Source of the DNA: Thermodesulfobacteriota bacterium
Lineage (GTDB): Bacteria; Desulfobacterota; Binatia; Bin18
NCBI GenBank assembly: GCA_964291405.2
Contig: OZ219926.1
Coordinates: forward strand, 1,120,001 to 1,184,000
Reading direction: 5' to 3'
DNA length: 64,000 nucleotides
Part shown: positions 19,909-29,121 of the stretch, piece by piece
Position numbering within the stretch: the stretch's first letter is position 1
Layout: every line of letters begins with the position of its first letter
Notes under the pieces: generated by a model
Told to the model about the DNA's origin: nothing
Databases searched by the model: none
Seen by the model: only the letters and a program-made list of their open reading frames with translations
Position numbers and translations under genes: made by a program

Positions 19909-20223
19909 CTATTCTGGAGATGTCGTAAGTTCCTCATACGGCGATACCCGGCGTTGAATTTCTGCTCCCAGGGCGTCTTCGGCCTTTTCCAGATCATAAT
20001 GCAGCTGTAGATTCAGCCAAAATTGGGCACTATTCCCAAAATACCGTGCCAAGCGGAGGGCCATATCCGGTGTAATACGTCGCTTGCCATGAACGATGGC
20101 ATTGATCCGTGGAGGCGGCACATCGATATCTCGGGCCAGTTTATTCTGACTGATTTGCAGCGGTTCAAGGAATTGGTGGAGGAGTAATGCCCCTGGCAGG
20201 ATCGGTTTGAGTTTCTTCCCCAT
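19909..20223 (-). CDS. higA: HigA family antitoxin (HTH)
   Basis: PGxLLxxxFLEPLQISQNKLA...RINAIVHGKRRITPDMALRLARYFGNSAQFWLNLQ. Confidence 0.92.
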   Translation of the reverse strand: MGKKLKPILPGALLLHQFLEPLQISQNKLARDIDVPPPRINAIVHGKRRITPDMALRLARYFGNSAQFWLNLQLHYDLEKAEDALGAEIQRRVSPYEELTTSPE

Positions 20224-20232
20224 GGTTTTCTC

Positions 20233-20511
20233 CTAGTGATAATCCACAATTTCTACGTCATAGGCATTCCCGTCTCTCCAGGTGAAACAGAGCCGCCATT
20301 GACGGTTGATCCGAATACTCCACTGGCCTGCACGGTCTCCTTTCAATCTCTCTAACCGGTTACCGGGCGGGACTCTCAGATCATTCACGTCCGTTGCTGC
20401 GTGCAGCAACGAGAGTTTTTCCCGAGCCTCCCGTTCAAATCTCTGAAAGCGACGCGCTCGCTGACGCAAGAACAGCCGATGCGTGTCTTTAGTGCCAAAT
20501 GTCCGAATCAT
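20233..20511 (-). CDS. higB: HigB (RelE-like plasmid maintenance killer) toxin
   Basis: DLRVPPGNRLERLKGDRAGQWSIRINRQWRLCFTW..G..YDVEIVDYH; toxin-first gene order. Confidence 0.92.
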   Translation of the reverse strand: MIRTFGTKDTHRLFLRQRARRFQRFEREAREKLSLLHAATDVNDLRVPPGNRLERLKGDRAGQWSIRINRQWRLCFTWRDGNAYDVEIVDYH

Positions 20512-20714
20512 TTATATAACGTTTACCGTATGGACAATCGGCCGTCCGGCCTTCCATCAGCCGCGAGCCGCCTTTGCTTCGGCTGTCATGCTGCTCCCTC
20601 ATTAGCCGAGGCCGACTCCAAATACAAACTCGCCTGGGGTCGATTTTTTTGTTAAGTCAGGCTGTCTATGCAAGAGGCGTATCTTCGGTTCTTCCCCGAG
20701 GAGAACCCGGTGCT

Positions 20715-21208
20715 ATGACCACACCTGTGGAGCCTCCAGACAAACATCCGTTCGTCCTTCACCCTCATCGCACCTTTACGACCCTGAGTCTGCCCGTCAT
20801 GGCCTCTCTCGTGGTCGAGCCGTTTGCCAGCCTGGTCGATACCGCATTTGTGGAACGGCTGGGCGCGGCTTCGGCAGCCGGACTTGGCGCGGCAACCGCG
20901 CCAAGTCCGGCTGCCGAAGCCGCGCCGTGACCCAGCCGCTCAACGCACTGTCCTTTGTCACAGACGGTATTCATTGGGGGACTGGTGACTATGCCTATCT
21001 GCGCAACGCCATGATCGTCGCCACGGGGACGGGTGTTCTCGTCCTGCTGTGTATCGACCCGACGCACGCTCAGGCGTTTGCTCAGGTGTGGCTGGCGATG
21101 GCGGTGTGGATCGTCATCCGGGCGATGTTTGGCCTGCTGCGTATCTGGCCGGGCATAGGCAAGGCGGTTCTGCGGCTGTCAGGGTCGGACTCGGTGGTCC
21201 ATCGGTAA
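20715..21208 (+). pseudogene. MATE/DinF efflux transporter, internally deleted (N- and C-terminal fragments only)
   Basis: N-terminal LSLPVMASLVVEPFASLVDTAFVERLG joined out of frame to C-terminal QPLNALSFVTDGIHWGTGDYAYLR; most of a ~440-aa MATE is missing. Confidence 0.8.
20862..20926. repeat. Perfect inverted repeat, 31-bp arms with 3-bp loop, at the MATE deletion junction
   Basis: GGCGCGGCTTCGGCAGCCGGACTTGGCGCGG-CAA-CCGCGCCAAGTCCGGCTGCCGAAGCCGCGCC. Confidence 0.95.
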
Positions 21209-21225
21209 AAAATATAGTCCTCTCC

Positions 21226-21612
21226 CTATCCCCCCATCTCTGCGATACGGCGCGCCATCCATTCGACGTAGGTCGTGCGGGTCATACCGCGCCTTCGCGC
21301 CTCAGCGTCGATGAAAGCAGCCACGCCCTCGTCGAGCGCGATATGGATGCGCACGCTCCGACCCGAGGGACGGATCAACGGGATGGACACAAGAGCCTGC
21401 CCGGCCAAGGGTTTCACCCGTTCCAGAGCGCTTGGCGGCAGGATTTCCTCGTCGTCCTTTTCCACCTCAACCGCATAATCGCGTAGCGCTTCCTCAGCGT
21501 TCAGCATTGCCTCGTCAACGGTTTTTCCCATGGCGACAATGCCAGGAAGGTCGGGAAACGTCACGCCGTAAGCGCCCTTTTTGCCGTCGATCAGCGCGGG
21601 ATACCGGAGCAT
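21226..21612 (-). CDS. hicB: HicB family antitoxin
   Basis: YPALI...YGVTFPDLPG....GKTVDEA..NAEEAL with C-terminal RHH. Confidence 0.9.
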   Translation of the reverse strand: MLRYPALIDGKKGAYGVTFPDLPGIVAMGKTVDEAMLNAEEALRDYAVEVEKDDEEILPPSALERVKPLAGQALVSIPLIRPSGRSVRIHIALDEGVAAFIDAEARRRGMTRTTYVEWMARRIAEMGG

Positions 21613-21632
21613 GCCTACGTCCTCCTCTTCAA

Positions 21633-21842
21633 CTATTCTGGCCAGCCCGCCTTTTTTGCGATGGAACGAGCCACGCCGAGGGATACCGTCTCATGTCTGG
21701 GCAGGGTAATGATGCCCTTGATAGACAGGTGCCGATAGATGTCGTGGCCGGAGCCATGGCGCGCCAGATACCATCCGTCCTTTTCCAACTTACGCCTGAT
21801 CCGGTCCGTTTTCGTTTCTATCACCACATTTTTCTTGCACAT
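21633..21842 (-). CDS. hicA: HicA family toxin
   Basis: LEKDGWYLARHGSGHDIYRH.....ITLPRH...SLGVARSIAKKAGW; start may be a few codons downstream. Confidence 0.88.
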   Translation of the reverse strand: MCKKNVVIETKTDRIRRKLEKDGWYLARHGSGHDIYRHLSIKGIITLPRHETVSLGVARSIAKKAGWPE

Positions 21843-21967
21843 ATATATGCGCCCTTTTATGTGGATACATCAAGCCTCTCCGACCAAGGATTGAGCGATA
21901 CAGACAGGAGTAGTCTGGTAGGAGTATATTGCGAAGATTATACTGAGAGACAGGAAAGGAGGCGGTC

Positions 21968-22411
21968 ATGTCTCGCTCGTTCTCTGGTGGCTGCGCGTGT
22001 GGCACAATTCGATACGAGTGTACGGCCGACCCGGTGTTCTCGTGGAATTGCCACTGTCGGGACTGTCAACGCGCGAGCGGCAGCGCCTTTTGTCCGGTCT
22101 CGTATGTCCCCAAGACCGCGCTCTCCAGCACCGGAGCCGTTACCTATCACGAAGTGAAGGCCGAAAGCGGGCGGGCCGTACGTCGCGGCTTTTGTCCGCA
22201 GTGTGGCTCACCGGTCTTTATCCTGGCCGAGCTTGTTCCCGACCTGATAGGCGTCTGGGCCGCCAGCCGGGATGAGCCGGATCAGTTTCAGCCCGCAGTC
22301 AATGTCTGGACCGCGAGCGGCCAGCCCTGGGATGAGATGCACGCCGCCCTGCCGGCCTGTCCAAAAGCCCCGGCTGACGCGGAGATGCAGCAGATATTGA
22401 GCTCTAAGTGA
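21968..22411 (+). CDS. GFA family (CENP-V-like) zinc protein
   Basis: GGCACG, CHCRDCQR, RGFCPQCGS motifs. Confidence 0.9.
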   Translation: MSRSFSGGCACGTIRYECTADPVFSWNCHCRDCQRASGSAFCPVSYVPKTALSSTGAVTYHEVKAESGRAVRRGFCPQCGSPVFILAELVPDLIGVWAASRDEPDQFQPAVNVWTASGQPWDEMHAALPACPKAPADAEMQQILSSK

Positions 22412-22504
22412 AAGATCCGAGATCAAGATCCATATTTTCCCTTGACGCGGCTCCAGCGTTTTTCATACAGTCGAGAGCAATCCCACGCAAAGAGGAGGCA
22501 CTCT

Positions 22505-22912
22505 ATGATCACGCGCAGCAACCCGGATGTGGATTATATTCCGGACGAGGTCTTCCAGACCTACGGATTCACCCAAAACATCAGAGCCGGCAATACACTC
22601 TATCTGTCGGGCGTCGCCCCCTTCAAGGGCAACCAGGAGCAGGTTGAGGTCGTCGGGGTCGGAGATATCCGCGCCCAGGTTGCCCACACCCTGGAGATCA
22701 TCAAACGGTGTCTGGCCGCCGAAGGGGCAACGTTCGAAAACTGGGTCGTCCAAACCGTCTATACCACGAATATGACCGAACTCCAGAAAACGGCTGACAT
22801 CTTTCGCGAGGCATTCGGGGACTATACGCCGACGAGTACCTGGGTCGAGATCAAGGGCCTGTTTGTTCCCGAGCAGATGGTCGAGATCAACGGGACGGCC
22901 ATTTTAGACTGA
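22505..22912 (+). CDS. Rid (YjgF/YER057c/UK114) family protein
   Basis: GNTLYLSG, GDIRAQ, PTSTWVEIKGL...MVEI; GAGGAGG RBS. Confidence 0.85.
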   Translation: MITRSNPDVDYIPDEVFQTYGFTQNIRAGNTLYLSGVAPFKGNQEQVEVVGVGDIRAQVAHTLEIIKRCLAAEGATFENWVVQTVYTTNMTELQKTADIFREAFGDYTPTSTWVEIKGLFVPEQMVEINGTAILD

Positions 22913-22979
22913 GTCCATCGTCCTTTGCTGAACGGCACCCACGTTCCTTGTCTATAGCCTGTATTAAAGGAGTTCCGTC

Positions 22980-24425
22980 ATGCCAGACCAATTTACGTAT
23001 TTGGATGCGACCGCCCAGGCCGAACTCGTCAAAAACGGAGAGGCTTCGCCCCTGGAGCTGGTCGATGCCGCGATTGCCCGGATCGAACAGCTCAACCCCC
23101 AGCTCAACGCGGTGATTCACCCCTTGTTTGACAAGGCGCGCACCCAGGCCCAGGCTGCCGACCTGCCGGACGGTCCCTTCCGCGGTGTGCCGTTTGTAAT
23201 GAAAGACCTGCTCGGCGGACCGGCCGGGGAGCCGTTGCATAATGGCATGCAGTTCCTGAAACGGCTGAACTTCACCTCGAAGCAGGACCCCTATCTGGCA
23301 GTGAAGTTTCGCGAGGCCGGTTTTATCAGCGTGGGTCGCACCAACACACCGGAGTGGGGGCTGATGGGAACGACCGAACCCGCGGCCTACGGCCCGACCC
23401 ATAACCCGTGGAATCTCGATCATTCTCCCGGCGGCTCAAGCGGCGGCAGCTCAGCCGCGGTGGCGGCGCGCCTGGTCACGGTCGGGCATGGGGGCGACGG
23501 CGGCGGGTCGCTACGTATTCCAGCCAGCATGTGTGGCATTGTCGGGCTTAAACCCAGCCGTGGCCGGGTGTCGTTTGGGCCGGGCATGGGCGAGTGCTGG
23601 CATGGGATGGCCAACGAGGGCGTGATGACGCTCTCGATGCGCGACATGGCCGGTGTGCTCGATAGTATGCAGGGCGTCATGCCGGGCGACCCCTATGCCG
23701 CTCCCACGCCTGTTCGGCCGTATACCGAAGAGGTCGGTCGCGACCCCGGCAAGCTCCGCATCGGCCTCATGCTCCAGCGGCCTCGCAATGACGCCCCCCT
23801 GCACCCGGAATGCAAGCGCGCGGTCGAGCAGACCGGCAAGCTGCTCGAATCGCTCGGCCACACGGTCGAGATCGCGCATCCCGAAGCCTATGACGAATCT
23901 GAGTGGCTCGACCACTGGATCCTTGTGGTCAACGCCCACTCGGCCCTGACCGCGGATGAAATCGAAGCCGCCGCCGGGCAGCGCATTGGCGAGGGCGATA
24001 TTGAGCCGTACGCCTGGCGCTTTGTGGAAGAGGGCCGCAAGATTTCGGCAACCAGTTATCTGGCGTCAATGAACTGGCTGCACGCCTGGGCACGCCGCCT
24101 GGCCAGTTGGTGGACTGACGGCTTTGATCTGCTGGTCACCCCGACTCTGGGTGAGCCGCCGCCGCGCCTGGGCGATATGGGCGGGCCCAGCGCGGACAAT
24201 CTCGCCAAGTGGGAGCGCAATCTTGAGGTCATTCCCTTTACGCCGGCGAATAATGCCTCGGGCCAGCCGGGGCTGTCGCTGCCGCTCCACTGGACCCCGG
24301 ACGGCCTGCCGGTCGGAGTCCATTTTGTCCCGGCCTATGGCCAGGAGGATCTGCTGCTGCGGATTGGGTCCCAGATCGAGCAGGCCCAACCGTGGATGGA
24401 GAAGCGTCCGCCGGTGTGCGCGTAA
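22980..24425 (+). CDS. Amidase signature family enzyme
   Basis: GVPFVMKD, GRTNTPE, PGGSSGGSS, DGGGSLRIPASMCG. Confidence 0.93.
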   Translation: MPDQFTYLDATAQAELVKNGEASPLELVDAAIARIEQLNPQLNAVIHPLFDKARTQAQAADLPDGPFRGVPFVMKDLLGGPAGEPLHNGMQFLKRLNFTSKQDPYLAVKFREAGFISVGRTNTPEWGLMGTTEPAAYGPTHNPWNLDHSPGGSSGGSSAAVAARLVTVGHGGDGGGSLRIPASMCGIVGLKPSRGRVSFGPGMGECWHGMANEGVMTLSMRDMAGVLDSMQGVMPGDPYAAPTPVRPYTEEVGRDPGKLRIGLMLQRPRNDAPLHPECKRAVEQTGKLLESLGHTVEIAHPEAYDESEWLDHWILVVNAHSALTADEIEAAAGQRIGEGDIEPYAWRFVEEGRKISATSYLASMNWLHAWARRLASWWTDGFDLLVTPTLGEPPPRLGDMGGPSADNLAKWERNLEVIPFTPANNASGQPGLSLPLHWTPDGLPVGVHFVPAYGQEDLLLRIGSQIEQAQPWMEKRPPVCA

Positions 24426-24461
24426 GCCTCGCTCCCTTGGGGAACGTGTGATGCGAAAAGG

Positions 24462-24552
24462 AACCCACCCCGGCCTTCGGCCACCCCTCCCAGGAGGGGA
24501 TGTGTGCTGCTCCCCTCTTGGGAGGGGTGCCGCGCTAGCGGCGGGGTGGGTT
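24462..24552. repeat. REP-like palindromic doublet
   Basis: AACCCACCCCGGCCTTCGGCCACCCCTCCCAGGAGGGGAT plus an inverted related unit TCCCCTCTTGGGAGGGGTGCCGCGCTAGCGGCGGGGTGGGTT; related copies at 29007-29110 and ~28099. Confidence 0.8.
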
Positions 24553-24645
24553 ATCTCCGGCCCAGTGGCCCCCCACGTTTGGCGAGCGCTGGTTCCTGGG
24601 AATGGGCAGCACACGTCAGGGAGGAGAGTTGCATGAGGAGGAAGC

Positions 24646-25707
24646 ATGGAATTCGGGATTGCCTATCCGGCCCGGCTTGATGCCTGGAAAGACCTGGTCC
24701 GAGCCGAAGAACTCGGCTTCAGCTATGCCTGGTTCTATGACTCGCAGATGCTCTACAGCGACGTATACGCCTGCCTGGCTCTGGCGGCCGAGCATACCAA
24801 AACGATCAAGCTCGGAACCGGCGTTGCGATTCCCAGCAGCCGGCTCGCCCCGGTTACGGCGCACTCGATTGCCACCATTAACCAGCTTGCCCCCGGGCGC
24901 GCCATTCTCGGCATCGGCACGGGTTTTACCGGTCGCAACACCATGGGCCTGCCGCCCGTCCGGCTGGGGCCGACCCGGGAATATATGCAGCAGTGTCGGG
25001 CGCTGTTACGCGGGGAAGAAGTCCTCTTCCGCGAAGGCGAGCGCGAACGCTGGATTCGCTTTCTGCACCCCGAACACGGCTATATCAACCTGCAAGACAA
25101 CATTCCGATTTACTTTGCGGCCAACGGCCCCAAGGCGATGGAACTGACCGGGGAGGTTGCGGACGGCTGGATTACCGTTTTCTCGGATGCCGAACATTTC
25201 AGCCTCGACCTGGCAACCGTGGCGCGGGGCGCGGAGAAAGCGGGCCGGTCGGTCGAGGCGATTGCCCGCATGGCCCTGACAACGACCTGCCTGCTCCAGC
25301 CGGGTGAGTCGCCGATCTCGCCCCGTGTCATCGAACGGGTTGGGCCGTACGCCATTCTGCCCCTGCACGCCATGTGGGAAGGGTCGGCGGTGGCCGTAGA
25401 GCAGTCGCCCCTGGGTCAGCTCTACGCGCGCTACCGTGACCATTATATTGCCAAGATGCAGACTCCCCGGGATCGTCGCTATCTTGAAGTGCATGAGGGG
25501 CATTTGATCTATCTCAAACCGGGGGAAGAAGACTACCTGACCGAAGACCTGATTCGGACCTCGTCGCTGACCGGGACAAGCGAGGAGATTATCGCCCGCA
25601 TCAAGGCGCTCGAAGCCGCCGGCCTGACGCAGATTGCCGTTCAGGTTGTAACGGACGGCCGGGAACTTATAGAAGAGTTTGGTCGAGAAGTGATTGCGAA
25701 GTATTAA
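24646..25707 (+). CDS. LLM class flavin-dependent oxidoreductase
   Basis: AEELGFSYAWFYDSQ, IKLGTGV, PGRAILGIGTG, IPIYFAANGPK..ELTGEVADG. Confidence 0.9.
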   Translation: MEFGIAYPARLDAWKDLVRAEELGFSYAWFYDSQMLYSDVYACLALAAEHTKTIKLGTGVAIPSSRLAPVTAHSIATINQLAPGRAILGIGTGFTGRNTMGLPPVRLGPTREYMQQCRALLRGEEVLFREGERERWIRFLHPEHGYINLQDNIPIYFAANGPKAMELTGEVADGWITVFSDAEHFSLDLATVARGAEKAGRSVEAIARMALTTTCLLQPGESPISPRVIERVGPYAILPLHAMWEGSAVAVEQSPLGQLYARYRDHYIAKMQTPRDRRYLEVHEGHLIYLKPGEEDYLTEDLIRTSSLTGTSEEIIARIKALEAAGLTQIAVQVVTDGRELIEEFGREVIAKY

Positions 25708-25732
25708 TCATCAGCCATAAGGAGGAAAGAGC

Positions 25733-26143
25733 ATGGCAACGAAAAAGGCTACACAGAACGCCGCGAAGATTATCGATCCGGGCTGGAGCTGGGACGATAA
25801 GCTGCCCTTAGCCCAGGCGAAGCAGATCGGCAACACCATTTATGTGTCCGGCCAGGTCGCGTTCAACTCGCAGGGAAAGCTGGTCGGCAAGGGCAATATG
25901 AAGACCCAGACGCGCCAGGTCTTCCGCAATATCAAGGCGGTCCTGGCCGCGGCGGGCGCCAGGATGGAGCATATTATCAAGATCAATACCTATATCACCG
26001 ACGGCAGCAAGTTCATGGAGATGCTCGAAGCGCGCGGTGATATCTTCGGCGATAACCCGCCGGCCAGTACGGCTGTTGTGGTGGCCGGCCTGGCTTTTCC
26101 GGGGCTCCTGATCGAGGTTGAAGCGATTGCCGTCAAGCCGTAA
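25733..26143 (+). CDS. Rid family protein
   Basis: IYVSGQVA, QTRQVFRNIKAVL, PPASTAVVVAGLA.PGLLIEVEAIA. Confidence 0.9.
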   Translation: MATKKATQNAAKIIDPGWSWDDKLPLAQAKQIGNTIYVSGQVAFNSQGKLVGKGNMKTQTRQVFRNIKAVLAAAGARMEHIIKINTYITDGSKFMEMLEARGDIFGDNPPASTAVVVAGLAFPGLLIEVEAIAVKP

Positions 26144-26183
26144 CGCTGCGATTCTCGACCGGACCCGGCATCCGCAGCAAAGA

Positions 26184-27131
26184 GTGAACGTGTCCCCCGC
26201 TAGACATGAAAGGCTGGACACGTTTACTCCTCACCTCAAGGGCCTGCTGCTCATGCTCGGCGCAAGTTTGTGTTGGAGCACGGGTGGCCTGTTCGTCCGC
26301 TCCGTCAGCATCCCCAACAGCTGGGAGATTGCCTTCTGGCGCTCGCTCGCCATGGGGATATTCCTGTTCGTCTGGCTCTCCTTTCGCTACGCGGGCAACG
26401 TACGACGGGCGGTCGTCGCCATCGGACCGGGCGGCTTTCTGGCCGGCCTGTGCCTGGCTGCTGCCTTCCTGGGTTTCATCCTGGCCGTCACACAGACAAC
26501 GGTGGCGCATACCCTGGTCATTGCCAGTACTTCGCCCTTTCTAGCGGCGATTTTTGGCCGGGTGTTTCTGGGCGAACTGGTGCCGTTGCGGCGCTATGTG
26601 GCGATGAGCGTCGCGCTGGCCGGCATCGTCGCCATGTGTCTCGATTCTTTCACCGCCGGGACGCTGGCGGGGAGTATCATCGCCGGCGGCGTGGCGGTCA
26701 GCTTTGCGCTGTGTGTGATTCTGCTGCGCCGCAGTCAGGCGCGGGCCGATATGACACCAGTCGTGCTGGTGGCCGCGCTCATCTCCGGCGGGGTGGCCCT
26801 ACCCCTCAGCCTGCCGTTGCAGGCCGCGTGGCAGGACATCGGCACCCTGGCCTGCATGGGCACCCTTCAGGGTGGGCTGGGTTGCCTGCTCATGACGCTG
26901 GCGGCACGGTATATTACTGCGGTTGAAGTCAGTCTCCTGGCTCTCCTGGAAACGATCCTTGGTCCGCTGTGGGTGTGGATCGGCGTGGGAGAACGGCCCA
27001 GCGATCTCGCCATTGTTGGCGGCGTGGTAGTGGTTGCCTCGTTGGCGCTGAACGAATTCCTGGGCCTGTACCGACAACGTACAGTGGAAGCACCGCTGCC
27101 CTCGGATCAATCGACAGGTCAACCCGTGTGA
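26184..27131 (+). CDS. DMT/EamA family transporter
   Basis: About ten hydrophobic segments; EIAFWRS, STSPFLAAI, LLETILGPLWVW..GERP; start uncertain (26118-26253). Confidence 0.85.
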   Translation: MNVSPARHERLDTFTPHLKGLLLMLGASLCWSTGGLFVRSVSIPNSWEIAFWRSLAMGIFLFVWLSFRYAGNVRRAVVAIGPGGFLAGLCLAAAFLGFILAVTQTTVAHTLVIASTSPFLAAIFGRVFLGELVPLRRYVAMSVALAGIVAMCLDSFTAGTLAGSIIAGGVAVSFALCVILLRRSQARADMTPVVLVAALISGGVALPLSLPLQAAWQDIGTLACMGTLQGGLGCLLMTLAARYITAVEVSLLALLETILGPLWVWIGVGERPSDLAIVGGVVVVASLALNEFLGLYRQRTVEAPLPSDQSTGQPV

Positions 27132-27853
27132 TCTCGTTTATCATTCCCGCCTATAACGAGCAGGCCAACATTGGCCGAACCCTCCAGGCTCTACAGGAGT
27201 CCGTTCAGTCCTTAGGCACAGCCCATGAAATTCTGGTGGTGGACGACGCCTCGACCGACCGGACCGCTGCGCTCGCCGCAGCCGGTGGCGCGCGCGTCCT
27301 TGCGGTCAGGAAGCGTCATATTGCGGCCACCCGCAACGCCGGAGCGTACGCGGCAACGGGGGAATATCTCTTCTTTATTGACGCGGATACCTGGGTCAAC
27401 ATGCCTCTTCTCCACGCGGCCGTTCACGCCCTCCAACAGGGGGCGGTGGGTGGCGGCAGCCGGTTTCGCTTTGACCGGCCGCTGCCGTGGCATGGTAAAA
27501 TCGCCGAGCGCATCGTCCCGCCGCTCTACAGCCTGGCGGGGCTGGCCAGCGGCAGTTTTCTGTTTTGTACCCGGTCCGCCTTTGAGGCCGTCGGCGGTTT
27601 TGACGAGAGGCGCTACGCGTCGGAAGAGGTCTGGCTGAGTCTGGCACTCCGCAAACGGGGCAGATTCGTTATTCTGCACGAGCACGTCATCACTTCAGGC
27701 CGCAAACTCCGGGTGTATTCACTCCGGGAGACCCTGCGCCTGTTCGGCTATCTGCTCCGCACGGGTCCGCGGGCACTGCGTCAACGCGAGGGGTTGGAGT
27801 TCTGGTATGGCGAGCGGCGGGCGGATACGACCAAACCGGGGAAGAGCGGCTGA
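27128..27853 (+). CDS. Glycosyltransferase family 2
   Basis: ISFIIPAYNE, VVDDASTDRT, RNAGA, FIDAD, GGFDE...EE, TSGRK; GTGA overlap with the transporter. Confidence 0.9.
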   Translation: MISFIIPAYNEQANIGRTLQALQESVQSLGTAHEILVVDDASTDRTAALAAAGGARVLAVRKRHIAATRNAGAYAATGEYLFFIDADTWVNMPLLHAAVHALQQGAVGGGSRFRFDRPLPWHGKIAERIVPPLYSLAGLASGSFLFCTRSAFEAVGGFDERRYASEEVWLSLALRKRGRFVILHEHVITSGRKLRVYSLRETLRLFGYLLRTGPRALRQREGLEFWYGERRADTTKPGKSG

Positions 27854-27879
27854 CCGCCACTCTCCCGTTCAGCTTTGAG

Positions 27880-28130
27880 AAATCCCCGCTCGGGAGGGGT
27901 GATGCAGATTACATTCCCCGGCGGCCCCCGCTCCCCTGCGCCGTACCTGTCTGCGCCAGGGGGCCAGGAGTGCGGGCTTCCAGCCCGCAAGCGGCCAAGA
28001 TGGCCGCTCTCCCAGGCAGCGGGAAGGCGGGCGACCCCCGCCTCGGGCCGCTGGACCGGCCCCGAGAGGCTCACGACACAGCAGGCATCACACGTCCAGG
28101 GAGGGGTGCCGCGGAGCGGCGGGGGGGGTC
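27880..28130. repeat. Intergenic mosaic of REP-like hairpins
   Basis: AAATCCCCGCTCGGGAGGGGTG (27880); TGCGGGCT-TCC-AGCCCGCA and GCGGCCA-AGA-TGGCCGC hairpins (27971-28007); GGGAGGGGTGCCGCGGAGCGGCGGGG (28099). Confidence 0.7.
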
Positions 28131-28238
28131 CCCAGCTGAGACTATAAGCCGGCACCTGAGAAAGGATTCAATGGTTGTTGCGGGCCACCATTTGTAGTAA
28201 TTTACCTACAAGCAGAAAGAGGAACAAAGGTTCAATAT

Positions 28239-28496
28239 ATGCGGATCACAACCGTTACCAGCCGCGAGTTCAACCAGGACGTGAGCAAGGCCAAGCGAGA
28301 TGCGGCGGGGGGGCCAGTTTTTATTACCGACCGTGGCCGGACGGCACACGTCTTATTGACTATTGAGGACTACCTCAAGATTACCAAGACGGAAGCAAGC
28401 CTCATCGAATTACTCGCCATGCCGGAAGCCGCCGACATCGATTTTGAGCTGCCCCGCTTGGACGCTGAAATAGGCAGAACGGCGGACTTCTCCTGA
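28239..28496 (+). CDS. Phd/YefM family antitoxin
   Basis: TTVTSREFNQDVSKAKR....GPVFITDRGRTAHVLL. Confidence 0.9.
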   Translation: MRITTVTSREFNQDVSKAKRDAAGGPVFITDRGRTAHVLLTIEDYLKITKTEASLIELLAMPEAADIDFELPRLDAEIGRTADFS

Positions 28497-28912
28497 TGTA
28501 TCTGCTCGACACCAATGTCATTGCCGAGCTGAGAAAAGCGAAGTCCCCCAAAGTCGATCAAAAAGTCCTGGTGTGGGCCAATAGTGTTCCGGTGGCAAGC
28601 CTTTTCTTATCGGTCATTACGGTTTTGGAACTTGAAAAGGGCATCCTTCTGATCGAGCGTCGAGACCCGACGCAGGGCGCGATACTCCGCTCTTGGCTCG
28701 ATACCTATGTGTTACCGGCGTTCCGTGATCGCATTTTACCTGTCGATACCGCAGTTGCTCAAAGTTGCGCCAGACTGCACGTCCCGACCCCACGGCCAGA
28801 TCGTGATGCGCTCATCGCGGCCACGGCATTGGTTCATGGGCTGACGGTCGTCACCCGAAATGTCGCTGACTTTGCGCCGACAGGCGTCGAGATAGTCAAC
28901 CCTTGGGAATGA
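28496..28912 (+). CDS. vapC: VapC/PIN domain toxin
   Basis: [13 protein letters not shown]...LELEKG...DALIAATALVHGLTVVTRNVADF. Confidence 0.93.
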   Translation: MYLLDTNVIAELRKAKSPKVDQKVLVWANSVPVASLFLSVITVLELEKGILLIERRDPTQGAILRSWLDTYVLPAFRDRILPVDTAVAQSCARLHVPTPRPDRDALIAATALVHGLTVVTRNVADFAPTGVEIVNPWE

Positions 28913-29006
28913 GCAAATCCCCGCTCGGGAGCCATCGGAGCAGGAAGCCGACAGGGCCGTGCTTGTCGGATGACGCTCCGCGAATCCGACCTCCTCACTA
29001 CAAAAG

Positions 29007-29110
29007 TCCCCTCCTCGGAGGGGTGCCGCGTAGCGGCGGGGTGGGTTTGCTCGCAGGTGCGTTCTAGGAACCCACCCCGGCCCTTCGGGCCACCCCTCCC
29101 GAGAGGGGAT
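29007..29110. repeat. REP-like palindromic doublet
   Basis: Same two units as 24462-24552 in swapped order, between convergent vapC and amidase genes; may also serve as terminator. Confidence 0.8.
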
Positions 29111-29121
29111 TTTCTGGGACC

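Noticed and set aside
24462-29110. Palindromic repeats as a CRISPR array or integron attC sites
   Set aside because: No regular repeat-spacer period, no cas or integrase gene, no consistent RYYYAAC/GTTRRRY ends.
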